DNA from: Alphaproteobacteria bacterium
Lineage (GTDB): Bacteria > Pseudomonadota > Alphaproteobacteria > MPNO01 > UBA830
DNA: 64,000 nt
Assembly: GCA_964291215.2 (NCBI GenBank)
Contig: OZ219791.1
Coordinates: forward strand, 480,001-544,000
Direction: 5' to 3'
Below are positions 1-10,626 of this stretch, piece after piece. The notes under the pieces were generated by a model. That model was not told the origin of the DNA. It searched no databases and saw only the letters and a list, made by a program, of their open reading frames with translations. Each line of letters begins with the position of its first letter. The stretch's first letter is position 1. Made by a program: the position numbers and the translations under genes.

Positions 1-79
1 TTCCAGAACATCGCCGGCTTCTCGCGGCAATGGCGCTGGGGCGCCGGGTGCCACCCGCAACCAGGAACGGACCTCAACC

Positions 80-454
80 ATGAATGCCGCAGGACTACGG
101 AAACAGATCGAAGCGATCGAGGAAGCCTACGAATATATGCTCGCCTATGCCGCCCAGGGCCGAGCGGACGAGGGGGCGGGACCGGATGGTGCGCATATCA
201 GGACCTTCCTCGCTCAGTTCGAGGCAGCCGCCGTCGCCATCGCAGCCAAACTCGACGACACTCTCTCCGGCAACGAGGCGGCGGGGTTCCACGCTGCCCT
301 TGCCCGCGATTCCGAAACCGTGCTATCGGTACTTCGGGTCATGCAGATCCGCGATAACATCTCGTCGGAAGTCGTCGACAACGCCAACGGCCTAATTGCC
401 GTCCGCTCCTACCTGACGTCGCTGTTCTTCCTTGACAAGGTGGCACTGCCCTAA
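80..454 (+). CDS. hypothetical protein (124 aa, helical)
   Basis: ORF with natural amino-acid composition and a possible upstream RBS; no motif recognised. Confidence 0.7.
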   Translation: MNAAGLRKQIEAIEEAYEYMLAYAAQGRADEGAGPDGAHIRTFLAQFEAAAVAIAAKLDDTLSGNEAAGFHAALARDSETVLSVLRVMQIRDNISSEVVDNANGLIAVRSYLTSLFFLDKVALP

Positions 455-547
455 ATTCCGGCACTTTCGGCCACGGACATGCCGACGCCTGCCACACCCG
501 TTTGCGGAGCGTGGCACTCGCCATCGCGGTAGGGAACCGGGTTACCC

Positions 548-735
548 CACGACGATCCCATGCTAATTCGGAGACGCGAAATCCGAATACGTTGGGGCTC
601 ATCACAGATCGCCTCCTTGATCGCAATTTTCGTGCCGAGAAGGCCCCATAGAGCCTTGGCGGCACGATTGCAGCGCGACGCAAACTGAGAAAATCTCGCC
701 AGTCGTCGCCGGATTAGCAGCGTGGGATCACCATG
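548..735. mobile_element. ~190 bp MITE, copy 1 (ISAs1-type ends)
   Basis: Homologous to 15787-15978 and 52794-52985; imperfect TIRs CACGACGATCCCA...TGGGATCACCATG; no TSD match at this copy. Confidence 0.8.
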
Positions 736-744
736 GATGCACGC

Positions 745-1133
745 GCGCCGCGCTGTGCGCCATAGCCCTCGCGAGCGAAGCGGCGACCTTCCAGCTGCTG
801 GAAACCGGCCACGGAATCATGCCGACCATCGCGACATCTTCCATAGCCGATCGCGTTCCGCGCAAGGCGCTGATGTACCTGACCTATTCCACCAGGGCGA
901 TCGACGCGCCGAGAGCCCTTTCCACGAGGATCGTCAGCGACGTGTTCGCAGCCGACGCGCTGTAGAGCACGCTGGAAGAACTCTGCGCGGCGATCGAAAA
1001 GGCGCCACGGCCGGCCATCCTCGGGATCAAGGAATATGCGCGCTCGGCGCTGTCCATGGACATCTCAAGCGCTGTCGACTTCGCGCGCAACCTGCACACG
1101 GCCGTCAATTCGGCTCCGGGGATGCACGGCTGA
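745..1133 (+). pseudogene. enoyl-CoA hydratase/crotonase C-terminal remnant with internal stop
   Basis: Manual translation AALCAIALASEAATFQLLETGHGIMPT...DRVPRKALMYLTYS...AL*STLEELCAAIEKAPRPAILGIKEY...; 5' part missing at the MITE. Confidence 0.6.
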
Positions 1134-1201
1134 GGCTGCCGGGAGCGACGACAACGCGTTCCGGCCACGGAACAGTTCGAGAGGCCGGTCCGCGGCACCC
1201 G

Positions 1202-2569
1202 CTATTCGGACAGCAGTCGGCCGATCCGAGCCCGAATCTCGTCTTGTGCTGGATCGTCCCGGTCGAGCACCTCAGCAAGGGTCCGCCAGTGCGCGAGCGC
1301 CACCGTCCTGTCGCCACGCGCAAGCGCCAGCGATCCCGCGAGATCGAGGCCGCGCCGGTTGCGGCCGTCGAGCGCGAGTATTCGCTTCACGACGGGATTG
1401 ATCTCGGCCGGATCCGGCGGATCCGGCCTCGCGGCGGCGACGATGCCGTCGGCCCAGGCCACCAGGATGTCCACATCATCCGGACGCAGCGTCGCCGCTC
1501 GCGCCCAGGCCGCCCTTGCCTCATCCAACTCGCCCAGCGCCGTCCGCGACTGCGCCAGGCGGAGCCAGCCCGCCACGTTGTCGGGTTCCGACGCGAGGCG
1601 ATCGGCGAGCCCATCGACCATCGCGCGGATCATGGCCGCACGGTCTTCGACCGAAAGGCTTGCCGCCACCGCAACATCGCCGCGGGTCGGGTCGCGCATC
1701 TCCTCCGCTTTTCCGCGCGCCGCGCCGTCAGCAGCCGCCCGAGCACCCCGAGTGTCAGTCATCTCGGCTTCGAGAGCCGCCACGCGCCCCCGGACGAAGA
1801 CCGCCCAGGGCGCGTCCGGCGACAGATCAGCCACCAGCGTGCGCCAGCGCGCAAGCGCGGCCTCGGGCCGGCCGGCCCGTCGCTCGGCTACACCCACATA
1901 GTAGGACGCCCGGGGCTCTCCGGGATCCCGCCGCAGCGCCTCCTTGAACGCCGCCAGCGCCCGGGGGGTGACCCGTCCGCCGGCTGCCAGCGTCAACGCC
2001 CGGCCCGCCAGTGACGGATAGGCCGCGTTCGAGGCGTCGAACCGCGCCGCATGCCCGAAGGCGACGCCCGCCTTTTCGTGATCCCCGAGGCGGGACAATG
2101 CCTCGCCCAGCGCCGCCCAGCCGCGGGGGTTGTCCGGCTCCCTCTCGAGAGCGCCCGCGATTTCGGCGACCCGCTGCCGCCCGTCCACCGCGGGCCCGGC
2201 CCGCAGAACCACATCCGGTTCCCCCTGAACCAGGTAGAGCAGAAGCCCCAGCACCGGCACGCAGGCCACCATGCACAGGCCCGCAATCAGCCTGGGACCT
2301 GACCGCAGACGTTTTCGGGAGGAAGCCGGCGAGTCCGCAAGCGCCAGCACGCGGCGCTCGATTTCCGTTCTCGCCGCCGCCGCCTGTTCCGCGGCAAGGG
2401 TGCCCCGCGCGAGATCGCGCTCGATCTCGTCGAGCTGGCCGCGATACATCTCCAGTACCGGATCCAAGCACCGCTCTTCGGCGCGGACACCGCGAAGCAG
2501 CGGCCAGGCCACGAGCAACGCTCCGGTGAACCCCACCATCAGCACTAAGACGATCCAGAGTTCGATCAT
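1202..2569 (-). CDS. ccmI: cytochrome c biogenesis protein CcmI/CycH (TPR)
   Basis: N-terminal [17 protein letters not shown] motif, TPR repeats, last gene of the ccmFGH operon. Confidence 0.9.
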   Translation of the reverse strand: MIELWIVLVLMVGFTGALLVAWPLLRGVRAEERCLDPVLEMYRGQLDEIERDLARGTLAAEQAAAARTEIERRVLALADSPASSRKRLRSGPRLIAGLCMVACVPVLGLLLYLVQGEPDVVLRAGPAVDGRQRVAEIAGALEREPDNPRGWAALGEALSRLGDHEKAGVAFGHAARFDASNAAYPSLAGRALTLAAGGRVTPRALAAFKEALRRDPGEPRASYYVGVAERRAGRPEAALARWRTLVADLSPDAPWAVFVRGRVAALEAEMTDTRGARAAADGAARGKAEEMRDPTRGDVAVAASLSVEDRAAMIRAMVDGLADRLASEPDNVAGWLRLAQSRTALGELDEARAAWARAATLRPDDVDILVAWADGIVAAARPDPPDPAEINPVVKRILALDGRNRRGLDLAGSLALARGDRTVALAHWRTLAEVLDRDDPAQDEIRARIGRLLSE

Positions 2570-3033
2570 TCCCCCTGTCCGCCCAGGACCGTTTCAAGCC
2601 GCCGTCTCTCGTCCGCAGACAGCGGTTCCGGCTCCCTGGCTCCGTCCCGGCGGCGGCGGATCACGATCCACGCGATGCCGGCTGCGAGCACTATCCAGGG
2701 CCCGGTCCAAAGCGCCAGGGTCGACGCCTTGAACGGAGGCTTCAGGAGCACGAAATCACCATAGCGCGCGACGACGTGATCGATGACCTCGGCATCGCTC
2801 GCGCCAGCCTTCAGCCGCTCGCGCACAAGAAGCCGGAGGTCGCGCGCCAGAGTCGCGCTGGAGTCGTCGATCGACTGGTTCTGGCACACGAGACAGCGCA
2901 GTTCCCTGCTAATCGCGCGCGCGCGCGCCTCAAGGCCGGGATCCGTCAGGACCTCGTCCGGCTCGACCGCGCTGACGGACAAGGCGGCCGCGAGGCAGCC
3001 GAAGACCAGGATGGCCGACAGCGCGATCCTCAT
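2566..3033 (-). CDS. ccmH: cytochrome c biogenesis protein CcmH/CycL
   Basis: [14 protein letters not shown] and [11 protein letters not shown] motifs. Confidence 0.95.
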   Translation of the reverse strand: MRIALSAILVFGCLAAALSVSAVEPDEVLTDPGLEARARAISRELRCLVCQNQSIDDSSATLARDLRLLVRERLKAGASDAEVIDHVVARYGDFVLLKPPFKASTLALWTGPWIVLAAGIAWIVIRRRRDGAREPEPLSADERRRLETVLGGQGE

Positions 3034-3581
3034 TCCAGGCCGACCCTTTGCAGGACCGGACGCAGCACATTCTCGAGATCGCCGGGATTGATCGGACCGA
3101 CATGGCGGTAGCGAATGCGTCCCGCTCCGTCGACGACGAAGGTCTCCGGAACGCCGTACACACCCCAGTCGATTGACACGCGTCCATTGATGTCGGCGCC
3201 GAGCCCGGTGTAGGGATTGCCCAGAGTTTCGATGAAGGCGCGCGCATCTTCAGCCCGGTCCTTGATGTTGATGCCGTGGATCGGCACACCCTCCCGCGCC
3301 AGCTGAATCAGCGCCGGATGCTCCGTACGACAGGGCGCACACCACGAGGCCCAGACATTGACCAGGGACGGCTTTCCCAGCAGGTCCGCCGTCTTCAGGC
3401 CGCCGGGAAGTCCGGTTATCGGCGGAAGCGCAAACTCAGGCACCGGCTTGTCCAGCAATGCCGACGGAATCCGCGAGATGTCCTTGCCGCCGGCACCGAT
3501 CTGCCAGAGGTAAAATCCGAGGACCCCGGCGAGCGCAGCGAGGACCACGACCGGAACGAAGCGAGCCGGAGACAGGATCAT
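3030..3581 (-). CDS. ccmG: thiol:disulfide interchange protein CcmG/DsbE
   Basis: [17 protein letters not shown]; ATG at 3581 overlaps the ccmF stop. Confidence 0.93.
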   Translation of the reverse strand: MILSPARFVPVVVLAALAGVLGFYLWQIGAGGKDISRIPSALLDKPVPEFALPPITGLPGGLKTADLLGKPSLVNVWASWCAPCRTEHPALIQLAREGVPIHGINIKDRAEDARAFIETLGNPYTGLGADINGRVSIDWGVYGVPETFVVDGAGRIRYRHVGPINPGDLENVLRPVLQRVGLE

Positions 3582-5548
3582 GGCGACGGCACCGCAACGG
3601 GCGCGGCGCGGCGGCGTACGCGAAGCCGCCGGTCGCCGAGCGATATCGCCCCGCCGACCGCCATCAGGGCCGCGCCTGCCCAGATCCACGGCACCAGAGG
3701 GTTGTGGTAGAGACGGGCCGTCCAACCACCCCTGCCGTCGGATGCCCCGAGCACGGCATAGATGTCGGCGAGCCATGTGGTATGGATCGCCGCCTCTGTG
3801 GTGGTTGCGCGCTCGGCGGGATAGCTGCGGTTTTCAGGGAGCAACGCAGCGACGGCGCGGCCGCCGCGGCGGACCGCGAAGGTGCCCTGCACCGCCGTGT
3901 AGTTCGGCCCCCTCCGGAGGCCGGTACCCTGGAACTCCACCTCGTAGCCCGCTAATTCGACGGTGTCGCCGGAGCGCATGATCAGGATGCGCTCCTCCTG
4001 CCAGGCCGACGACACCGTGATCCCGGCAACCATGACGCCGAGCGCGGCATGGGCGCAGGCGGTGCCCCATGCGGAAGCGGGAAAGCCGACGGCGCGGCGG
4101 ACCGAATCGCGCAGCGGAACCCGTGCCAGCCCCGCCTGTCCCGCGATGCCGACCGCCGACCCGGCAATCAGCCATGCCGCCAGCCCGAGACCAAGCGCCC
4201 CCAGAATTCCGCTCCGTGCCTCGACACCGGCCGCCGCGGCCGCGACGGCAATCGCAACCACCGCTGCCACCCACAGTCTCCCGAGCACGCCTGACAAGTC
4301 GCCGCGTTTCCACGCCATCATGGCTCCGATCGGACAGGCGACGAGCAGGGGAATCATGAGAGGCCCGAAGGTCATGTCGAAGAACGGTGCGCCGACAGAG
4401 ATCTTGCCACCGTCAAGGGCATCGACGAGCAGCGGATAGAGCGTGCCGAGGAGAACGACGGCGCACGCCGTAGCCAGCAGAAGGTTGTTGAGAACCAGCG
4501 CCCCTTCCCGGCTTATCGGCGCGAACGGTCCACCGGAGACGGCGCCGGGAGCGCGGAGCGCGAAGAGGGCCAGGGAGCCGCCAATCACGACCACCAGGAG
4601 AACGAGGACGAAGACCCCGCGCTCCGGATCCGCGGCAAAGGCGTGTACCGAGGTCAGTACGCCCGAGCGCACGAGGAACGTGCCCAGAATCGCCAGCCCG
4701 AACGTGACGATGGCAAGGAGGATCGTCCAGTTCGCCAGCATGTTGCGCCGCTCCACCACCAGCGCGGAATGCAGCAGCGCAGTGCCTGCGAGCCACGGCA
4801 TCAGGGACGCGTTCTCGACCGGGTCCCAGAACCACCAGCCGCCCCAGCCAAGCTCGTAATAGGCCCACCAGCTTCCGAGCGCGATGCCAACCGTCAGCGA
4901 AATCCAGGCTAGCAGAGTCCACGGACGCACCCAGCGCGCCCACGCAGCGTCGACCCGACCCTCGAGAAGAGCCGCGACGGCAAAGGAGAAGGCTATCGAG
5001 AATCCGACATAGCCCAGATAGAGGAACGGCGGATGGAAGGCAAGACCGGGATCCTGGAGAAGGGGGTTGAGGCCGCTGCCCTCGATCGGCACGGGATCGA
5101 GCCGGGTGAACGGGTTGGAGGTGAAGATCGAAAAGGCAAGAAAGCCGGCACCCACGGCGCCGTGGATGCCAAGCGCTCGCGCCCGAAGGGTCGCCGGCAA
5201 GGCGCGGCCGAACTCGGCGACCATCAGCCCGAACAGCGCAAGGATCAGTATCCACAGCACCATCGAACCCTCATGATTGCCCCAGACGCCGGTCAGCTTG
5301 TAGAGCATCGGCTTGAGGGTATGGGAATGCGACGCAACCAGCGCGACCGAGAAATCCGAGTTCACGAACGCCCATGTCAGCGCCGCGAAGGCGATCCCGA
5401 CCATCAGGAACTGGCCGCGCGCCGCCGCACCCGCAACGTTCATGAGCGCCTCGTCGCCGCGACGGACGCCGATGAACGGCACGGTTCCCTGAACAGCCGC
5501 GAGGACCAGCGCCAGCGCGAGGGCGTAGTGCCCAATCTCGGGAACCAC
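3578..5548 (-). CDS. ccmF: heme lyase CcmF
   Basis: WGNHEGS, HPPFLYLGY, WAYYELGWGGWWFWDPVEN, SVHAFA. Confidence 0.97.
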   Translation of the reverse strand: MVPEIGHYALALALVLAAVQGTVPFIGVRRGDEALMNVAGAAARGQFLMVGIAFAALTWAFVNSDFSVALVASHSHTLKPMLYKLTGVWGNHEGSMVLWILILALFGLMVAEFGRALPATLRARALGIHGAVGAGFLAFSIFTSNPFTRLDPVPIEGSGLNPLLQDPGLAFHPPFLYLGYVGFSIAFSFAVAALLEGRVDAAWARWVRPWTLLAWISLTVGIALGSWWAYYELGWGGWWFWDPVENASLMPWLAGTALLHSALVVERRNMLANWTILLAIVTFGLAILGTFLVRSGVLTSVHAFAADPERGVFVLVLLVVVIGGSLALFALRAPGAVSGGPFAPISREGALVLNNLLLATACAVVLLGTLYPLLVDALDGGKISVGAPFFDMTFGPLMIPLLVACPIGAMMAWKRGDLSGVLGRLWVAAVVAIAVAAAAAGVEARSGILGALGLGLAAWLIAGSAVGIAGQAGLARVPLRDSVRRAVGFPASAWGTACAHAALGVMVAGITVSSAWQEERILIMRSGDTVELAGYEVEFQGTGLRRGPNYTAVQGTFAVRRGGRAVAALLPENRSYPAERATTTEAAIHTTWLADIYAVLGASDGRGGWTARLYHNPLVPWIWAGAALMAVGGAISLGDRRLRVRRRAAPVAVPSP

Positions 5549-5901
5549 GCCGGCGATCCCTTCAGCCCTGCCGGCCCTGTCGGCAGGAGTCGACGGCAGG
5601 CGCCCGCACGCCGACGGGATTCCACGCAGAAGCCCTGCTGCGAAGCCGCATGCGGGTCGTGCGGGAGGAGCCGGAATATCTCAAGGGGAACCCCTCCCTG
5701 TCATGGAGCCCGCCATACGGCGACTTGTTTCAGCCGGTTAGGAACAACGGTGAGGAGATCGGCTACGGCTGGAATCTATCCCGGCACCACGCCGTTTTCA
5801 ACGTCCCGCTTCATAGGTTCAGCGATGACAGGGCCACGGGAAGTAGTACCCCTTTGCTCGAACTCACTTGCGACAGCCCAACTCATCAGCCTTGCCCCAG
5901 G

Positions 5902-7401
5902 GTAACTGCTCACCCCCTAGTTCCGGCTTGATGTCGGGGTAGAGCAACGAACGGGTTTTCGTGGAGATTTGACACTGCAGGCCGATTCGTTTAGTGGTGG
6001 TCATCGAGAACGACGGGGACCGCCAGTGGGCTACTTTGGATCGAAGGCGACGAGCGGGCTGTGCCAGCTGCTTCCGGGGCTCCAGCCCCCGCATGATCTG
6101 TATGTGGAAACGCATCTCGGAAGCGGCGCGTTGATGAAGCGCAAGGCCGGGTGATGGCGACGGGCGGCGCGCGAGGAGTTCGAAGCGGCCAAGACCGCGG
6201 CGCTGCCGGCAAGGTGGCGGAAGAGACCGTCATCCGCGTCCTCCTGCTCGACATCATCATCGTCGTCCTTCTGGAGAAGACCACGCACGAGCCGGAACTC
6301 CGGTCTGCCGCCGTCACAGACGGACAAGAGCGTGCCGGGAGCAAGGGCCCGAAGCCAAACCGGCAGATGGGCGACAACCTGCGCAAGACCATCATCGAGG
6401 AAACGGTCGCGGCCTGCGACGCCTGCGGCGCTGACATCGACGGCCCCATCGATCGGGAGCGCCGCACGACATCGTGTTCGAGGTCGTCGAGCGCCGCGCC
6501 GAGATCAAGGAATGCCCGAAGTGCAAGGCCCGGGGCCGGTTCCCCGACAACATCCCGTGCAGTACGGCATCCAGGCCCTCGTCATCAACCTGCTGGTCGC
6601 CCAAATGCTGTCCCTGCGCCGTGCCGTCGCGTTCGTGCAGGCGATCTCCGGCATCAAGCTCTCCGAGGCCTCGGCTATGCTTTCACGATGCGTCATGGGA
6701 GGAGGCCGCCGTGGCGCACCTCCTGCAACGCCCGATGTCGACGATTTCGGATCAACGGCAAGTGGCTTCATGTCGTGGGACCCTGACGTGCAAGTTCCCG
6801 CACCGCAAGCGCGGGCAAGAGATCGGCCCGTGCTACAAGGGCGTCCTGGGCCTCGTACATGGGCCAGTGTAGCCACCAGCTGTGCGGCAGCCACCTGCTG
6901 CGCGAACTGACCTTTGTCGTCGAGGCTACCGCGCGACTGATGAAGAGCCTGCTCCGCGAGATCTGCCACAAGGTCAACAAGAGCGCATCCAAAACCCTGA
7001 ACGAGGCCGACCTCCGGGCCGTGCGCAAGCGCTACCGCACCATCAGGGCGCCAGGGAACTGCCCGACATCCCGACGAAAGGAAAACGTGGACGCAAGTCC
7101 GACACGCACAACCTGCACGAACGTCTCGTGAAACACGAAAACCTGCGCTTCACAGACGACCCCAACGTCAGCTTCACCAACAATGCCGGAGAACAGAAGA
7201 TCAGGATGGCAAAGGTCAAGGTGTCCGGATGCTTCCGCTCCACGCAAAAGCATGGTGCCGGGGCTCGAGCTACCTCACCTCCATGGCCGCACTCGGCTAC
7301 AACCCACTCGTCGCCACCCAGATCGCCCTCGACGGAAAAGCCGCAGACATCATCAACGAGCACTACGACCAATCAGAACCCAATTAGGGGTGAGTAGATA
7401 C
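5902..7401 (+). mobile_element. degraded IS66-family element (single-ORF type), copy 1
   Basis: TIRs GTAACTGCTCACCCC / GGGGTGAGTAGATAC; transposase fragments HQLCGSHLLREL, FTNNAGEQKIRMAKVKVSGCFRS; second copy at 59641-61195. Confidence 0.85.
6026..6154 (+). pseudogene. N-terminal fragment of a Dam-like DNA adenine methylase inside IS66
   Basis: VGYFGSKATSGLCQ...PPHDLYVETHLGSGA resembles the N terminus and motif I of D12-class N6-adenine MTases. Confidence 0.6.
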
Positions 7402-7527
7402 GCTTGGCGATACAACCGACGATACCAACTCAACTCCATGATCCCACGCTTCATTCACAGCGCCGTCAGAACACAACCCATCCCATATCAACAACTCATC
7501 GCAGGATGATCCTTAGGAATAAGCAGG
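7402..7527 (+). pseudogene. IS1595-family transposase C-terminal remnant
   Basis: AWRYNRRYQLNSMIPRFIHSAVRTQPIPYQQLIAG directly after the IS66 right end. Confidence 0.6.
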
Positions 7528-7599
7528 AAACCAAAATACGCCCACCAGGACGCTCAAATCATTGTAGGAAAGGCATTGGACAACATGCCACACTTGCCG

Positions 7600-7616
7600 C
7601 AGCTCGCCGATCAGGG
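7600..7616 (-). repeat. isolated IS1380-type terminal inverted repeat
   Basis: CAGCTCGCCGATCAGGG is the exact reverse complement of 8866-8882. Confidence 0.75.
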
Positions 7617-7627
7617 GTAAACACCGG

Positions 7628-7656
7628 TTGACGTTTCAAAGGCGAGTTCCTATTAT
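7628..7656 (+). promoter_or_regulatory. sigma70 promoter for the DUF3800 gene
   Basis: TTGACG-17 bp-TATTAT. Confidence 0.7.
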
Positions 7657-7675
7657 GCTGGCAGAAACTCTAGAT

Positions 7676-7728
7676 TGCTGACCCCATCGCGGGCAGCGGA
7701 CCCTATGGCCACCGCGAGGTGGCCATAG
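7676..7728 (+). ncRNA. candidate structured leader/ncRNA (two hairpins) upstream of DUF3800
   Basis: TGCTG-A-CCC...GGG-CAGCG stem, then perfect 11-bp stem CTATGGCCACC-GCGA-GGTGGCCATAG with GNRA loop. Confidence 0.45.
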
Positions 7729-7745
7729 CCATGTTTGGGGGGAAG

Positions 7746-8585
7746 ATGAAGGTTTGCTTCGTCGACGAGGCGGGCGACCTCGGAGCGTTGTCCGATCCGC
7801 CACGGCAGAACGATCAGCCCGTCCTGGTGATCGGCGGCCTTATTCTCAATGCCGGCGATCTCCACGATTTCACGGTGCGCTTCCTCGATCTGAAAGCCCA
7901 GTACTTCCCGAGGTTGCCTTATCCGTCCCCGAGACCTCTGGATCGAATCCTGCCCGAGATCAAGGGACAGGACCTTCGGCGGAACGTAACGCGCGGCAAC
8001 GCCCGGCAGCATAACCATACGATAGGTTTTCTGGACCGGATTCTGGGCCTGCTGAAAGCCCATAGCGTCCAACTGGTGGCACGGATCTGGGTGAAAAGCC
8101 TTGGTGGGCAGTTCGATGCCACATCGGTGTACACATCCTCAATGCAGAGTATCTGCTCGCACTTCAATCACTATCTGACCCGGACCGGCGATCCCGGTGT
8201 GTGCATCGCCGACAGCCGGAACAATTTCAAGAATGTCAGTGTGTCCCATTCGATTTTCACGCAGAAATTCGGGCGGGTGACCCGGAAATACGAAGGAATG
8301 GCAGAACTCCCCACGTTCGGGCACAGCGACAATCATGCCGGTCTTCAGGTGTGCGATTTGGTTTGTTCCGGCCTTCTCTTCCCAATCGCTTGCTTTGCAT
8401 ATTGCTCGGGCCATGTGAACAACGTCCATGTGCAGCCGCGAGTGGCGGAACTCAGGCTGCGTTACGGGCAACAGCTGAAGGCGCTGCAGTACCGGTACTA
8501 CGACGAAACGCTCAGCCGCTACCGAGGCGGCTTCACCGTGTCGGATGCTATCGGTCACCAGAGCGGGTCGCGGATGTTTATCTGA
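7746..8585 (+). CDS. DUF3800 domain protein (RNase H-like fold)
   Basis: N-terminal FVDEAG, central CIADSR, C-terminal LQVCDLV pattern typical of DUF3800. Confidence 0.8.
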   Translation: MKVCFVDEAGDLGALSDPPRQNDQPVLVIGGLILNAGDLHDFTVRFLDLKAQYFPRLPYPSPRPLDRILPEIKGQDLRRNVTRGNARQHNHTIGFLDRILGLLKAHSVQLVARIWVKSLGGQFDATSVYTSSMQSICSHFNHYLTRTGDPGVCIADSRNNFKNVSVSHSIFTQKFGRVTRKYEGMAELPTFGHSDNHAGLQVCDLVCSGLLFPIACFAYCSGHVNNVHVQPRVAELRLRYGQQLKALQYRYYDETLSRYRGGFTVSDAIGHQSGSRMFI

Positions 8586-8588
8586 CAG

Positions 8589-8865
8589 ATGCGGTCCTTC
8601 ATACAGGATCGCGCGGAGTAGCCGCCGAGAGCTCTATGAGCAAGGGCGGTCGCCAAAATTGGCGCAAGGGACACATCGGGAAGCTCTCGCGCATCCTGAC
8701 CGCTCTGGATCGGAGCTCCGGCCCGGAAGGTATGGATATTCCCGGCTTTCGCCTCCACCCTCTCAGGGGACGTATGCAGGGACATTATGCAGTATCCGTT
8801 TCCGCCAACTGGCGAGTGACATTCCGGTTCGAGGATGGCCACGCAGCGGATGTCGATTATATGGA
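8589..8865 (+). pseudogene. higB: HigB/RelE-family toxin, frameshifted and cut by IS1380
   Basis: PGFRLHPLRG...YAVSVSANWRVTFRFEDGHAADVDYMD; N terminus in another frame; last codons replaced by the IS end; no higA nearby. Confidence 0.75.
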
Positions 8866-10365
8866 CCCTGATCGGCGAGCTGATTTTTTTGCGGCTGGGT
8901 TTTGGCTTTCTTGGAACCGTTGTTGAGTGTTGCCGCGTCGTTCAGGCGGGCGTCGTCGGGTTTGGTATGGATTGGGGGCGGTCTGGCCGCAGTTTTTGCG
9001 ACGATCCGGTCTTGATCGGGACTGCCCGGGCGCGCGTTTTCCTCCGGTGGGGTGCCGGTCGGGTTTTTCGGTGGGGCTCCTGGGCGCGGGGATCAGCCGG
9101 GCGCGGGCGGCAGCATGGCGAGGTTCATCCTCCGGCACGCTGCCATCAGATGGGGGCCGGCGTTGCCGAGCACGAGGGTGATCCGGCGGCCATGGTGGAC
9201 GACACGGGCGACGAGGTGGATTCACATCGCGCGCAGACGCTTCATCCGCGTCCATTGCCATTCCTGCCCGCAGGCGGTGCGGCACAGCAGCGCCAGCACG
9301 TTCATCGCCAGGGCCGCGAGCCACAGCCAGGCGGCATTCGCGCCGAACCGCCCCGACGGCATCATCCCGCCCGCCAGGTCGGACTTGAGCACCGCATGCA
9401 CCTCCTCGCCGTGACCGCAGCGGGCATGCGCCGCCGCGACCACCTCGAAGCTGTCCATGGTCTCCAGCCCGTTCGCCTTCTGCGCCCGGATGGCATCGGG
9501 GGCGGGGAAGTTGGTGACATAGGCCCCGATCCTGCAGGCGGGCCTGCCTTGGGCCGCAGGCAACTCCCCTTCGTCCAGGCCCAGCTCGCCCGGAAGAGCG
9601 CGCCGGGTCACGACATGGCGAACCACGTGATGCGGCTTCATCGCCAGGGTGCTTGCCGGGACATAGGGCAGTTCGGCGCATTCCAGCGGCGCCCTGTCCG
9701 GCGCCGCGCGCCTGTTGCGTCCGCTCACCGGGCGCCAGGCGTCTTCCCCGAGCCGCGCCACCTCCGCCATCAGCGGCTCCGAGCGCACCGCGCCGCAGAC
9801 CAACCCCACCGTGCCGAACCGACGCGTCTCCTCCCTGCGGAACGCCGGGTCGTTGCAGGCGCGGATCACCTCCTCCTGATAAGCGGCCGCGTCGCTGCGC
9901 AGCACTACACGACCTATGTCGTCGGGAAGCTGCAACAGCGCCTCTTCAAGCCCGCGCCGGTTGTCGAGCGTCGCCGGCACATTGCCATCGCGCATCTCAA
10001 GCCACGGGACCATGCCGAGCTCCGGGCAGAACGCAATCAGCGGCTGGTAGCCCCGCTCGCCCCGAACTACCCTCTCCGCAGCCCGGTAGGTGTACAGGCA
10101 CTCACGCTTGCCGGACGCGATGATCGTCGCGTCGAGGTCGATCGTCACCGAGCCCGCCTCCCGCACCCCTTCCGCCACAAGGCGCCGGTTCACCTCGCGA
10201 AGCAGGCCGTCCCTCTCACCCGGCACCGGGATGAACGCCGTCCCCTTCTCGCGTTCGGCGTCATGAACCCCCGCAACGTGAAAACGGTCCAGCCAGTCAC
10301 GGATCGAGCGCGCCGACGGCAAGCACCGTGTCTTTCCATCGCCCCTTGATCCGACCTTGCCCATA
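8866..10365 (-). mobile_element. IS1380-family element, 5'-truncated and frameshifted transposase
   Basis: TIDLDAT, GYQPL, MRDGNVP, LRSDAAAY, EEVHAVLKSDL, PSGRFGANAAW; TIR CCCTGATCGGCGAGCTG at 8866. Confidence 0.85.
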
Positions 10366-10369
10366 TCAC

Positions 10370-10626
10370 GGTCCATGAGATTGTGGCTCACCCTCCGCAA
10401 GCAAGCAGGCCTTGATGATGTCCGCCTCCATGATCTGAGACACAACTTTGCCTCTCAGGCCGTCCTGAACGGTGTGCCGCTTCCGACCGTGGCGAGGCTT
10501 CTTGGTCACCGGCAGGTTTCGATGACCCTGCGCTATGCCCACGTTGCGGACAGCGAGGTCGAAGCGGCGGCGGAACGGGTCGGGAACGCGATGACACAGA
10601 TCATGACATCGTGCGCGGCATCCTGA
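10370..10626 (+). pseudogene. tyrosine recombinase/integrase C-terminal fragment
   Basis: RLHDLRH...LLGH...TLRYAH catalytic motifs; N terminus absent. Confidence 0.85.
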
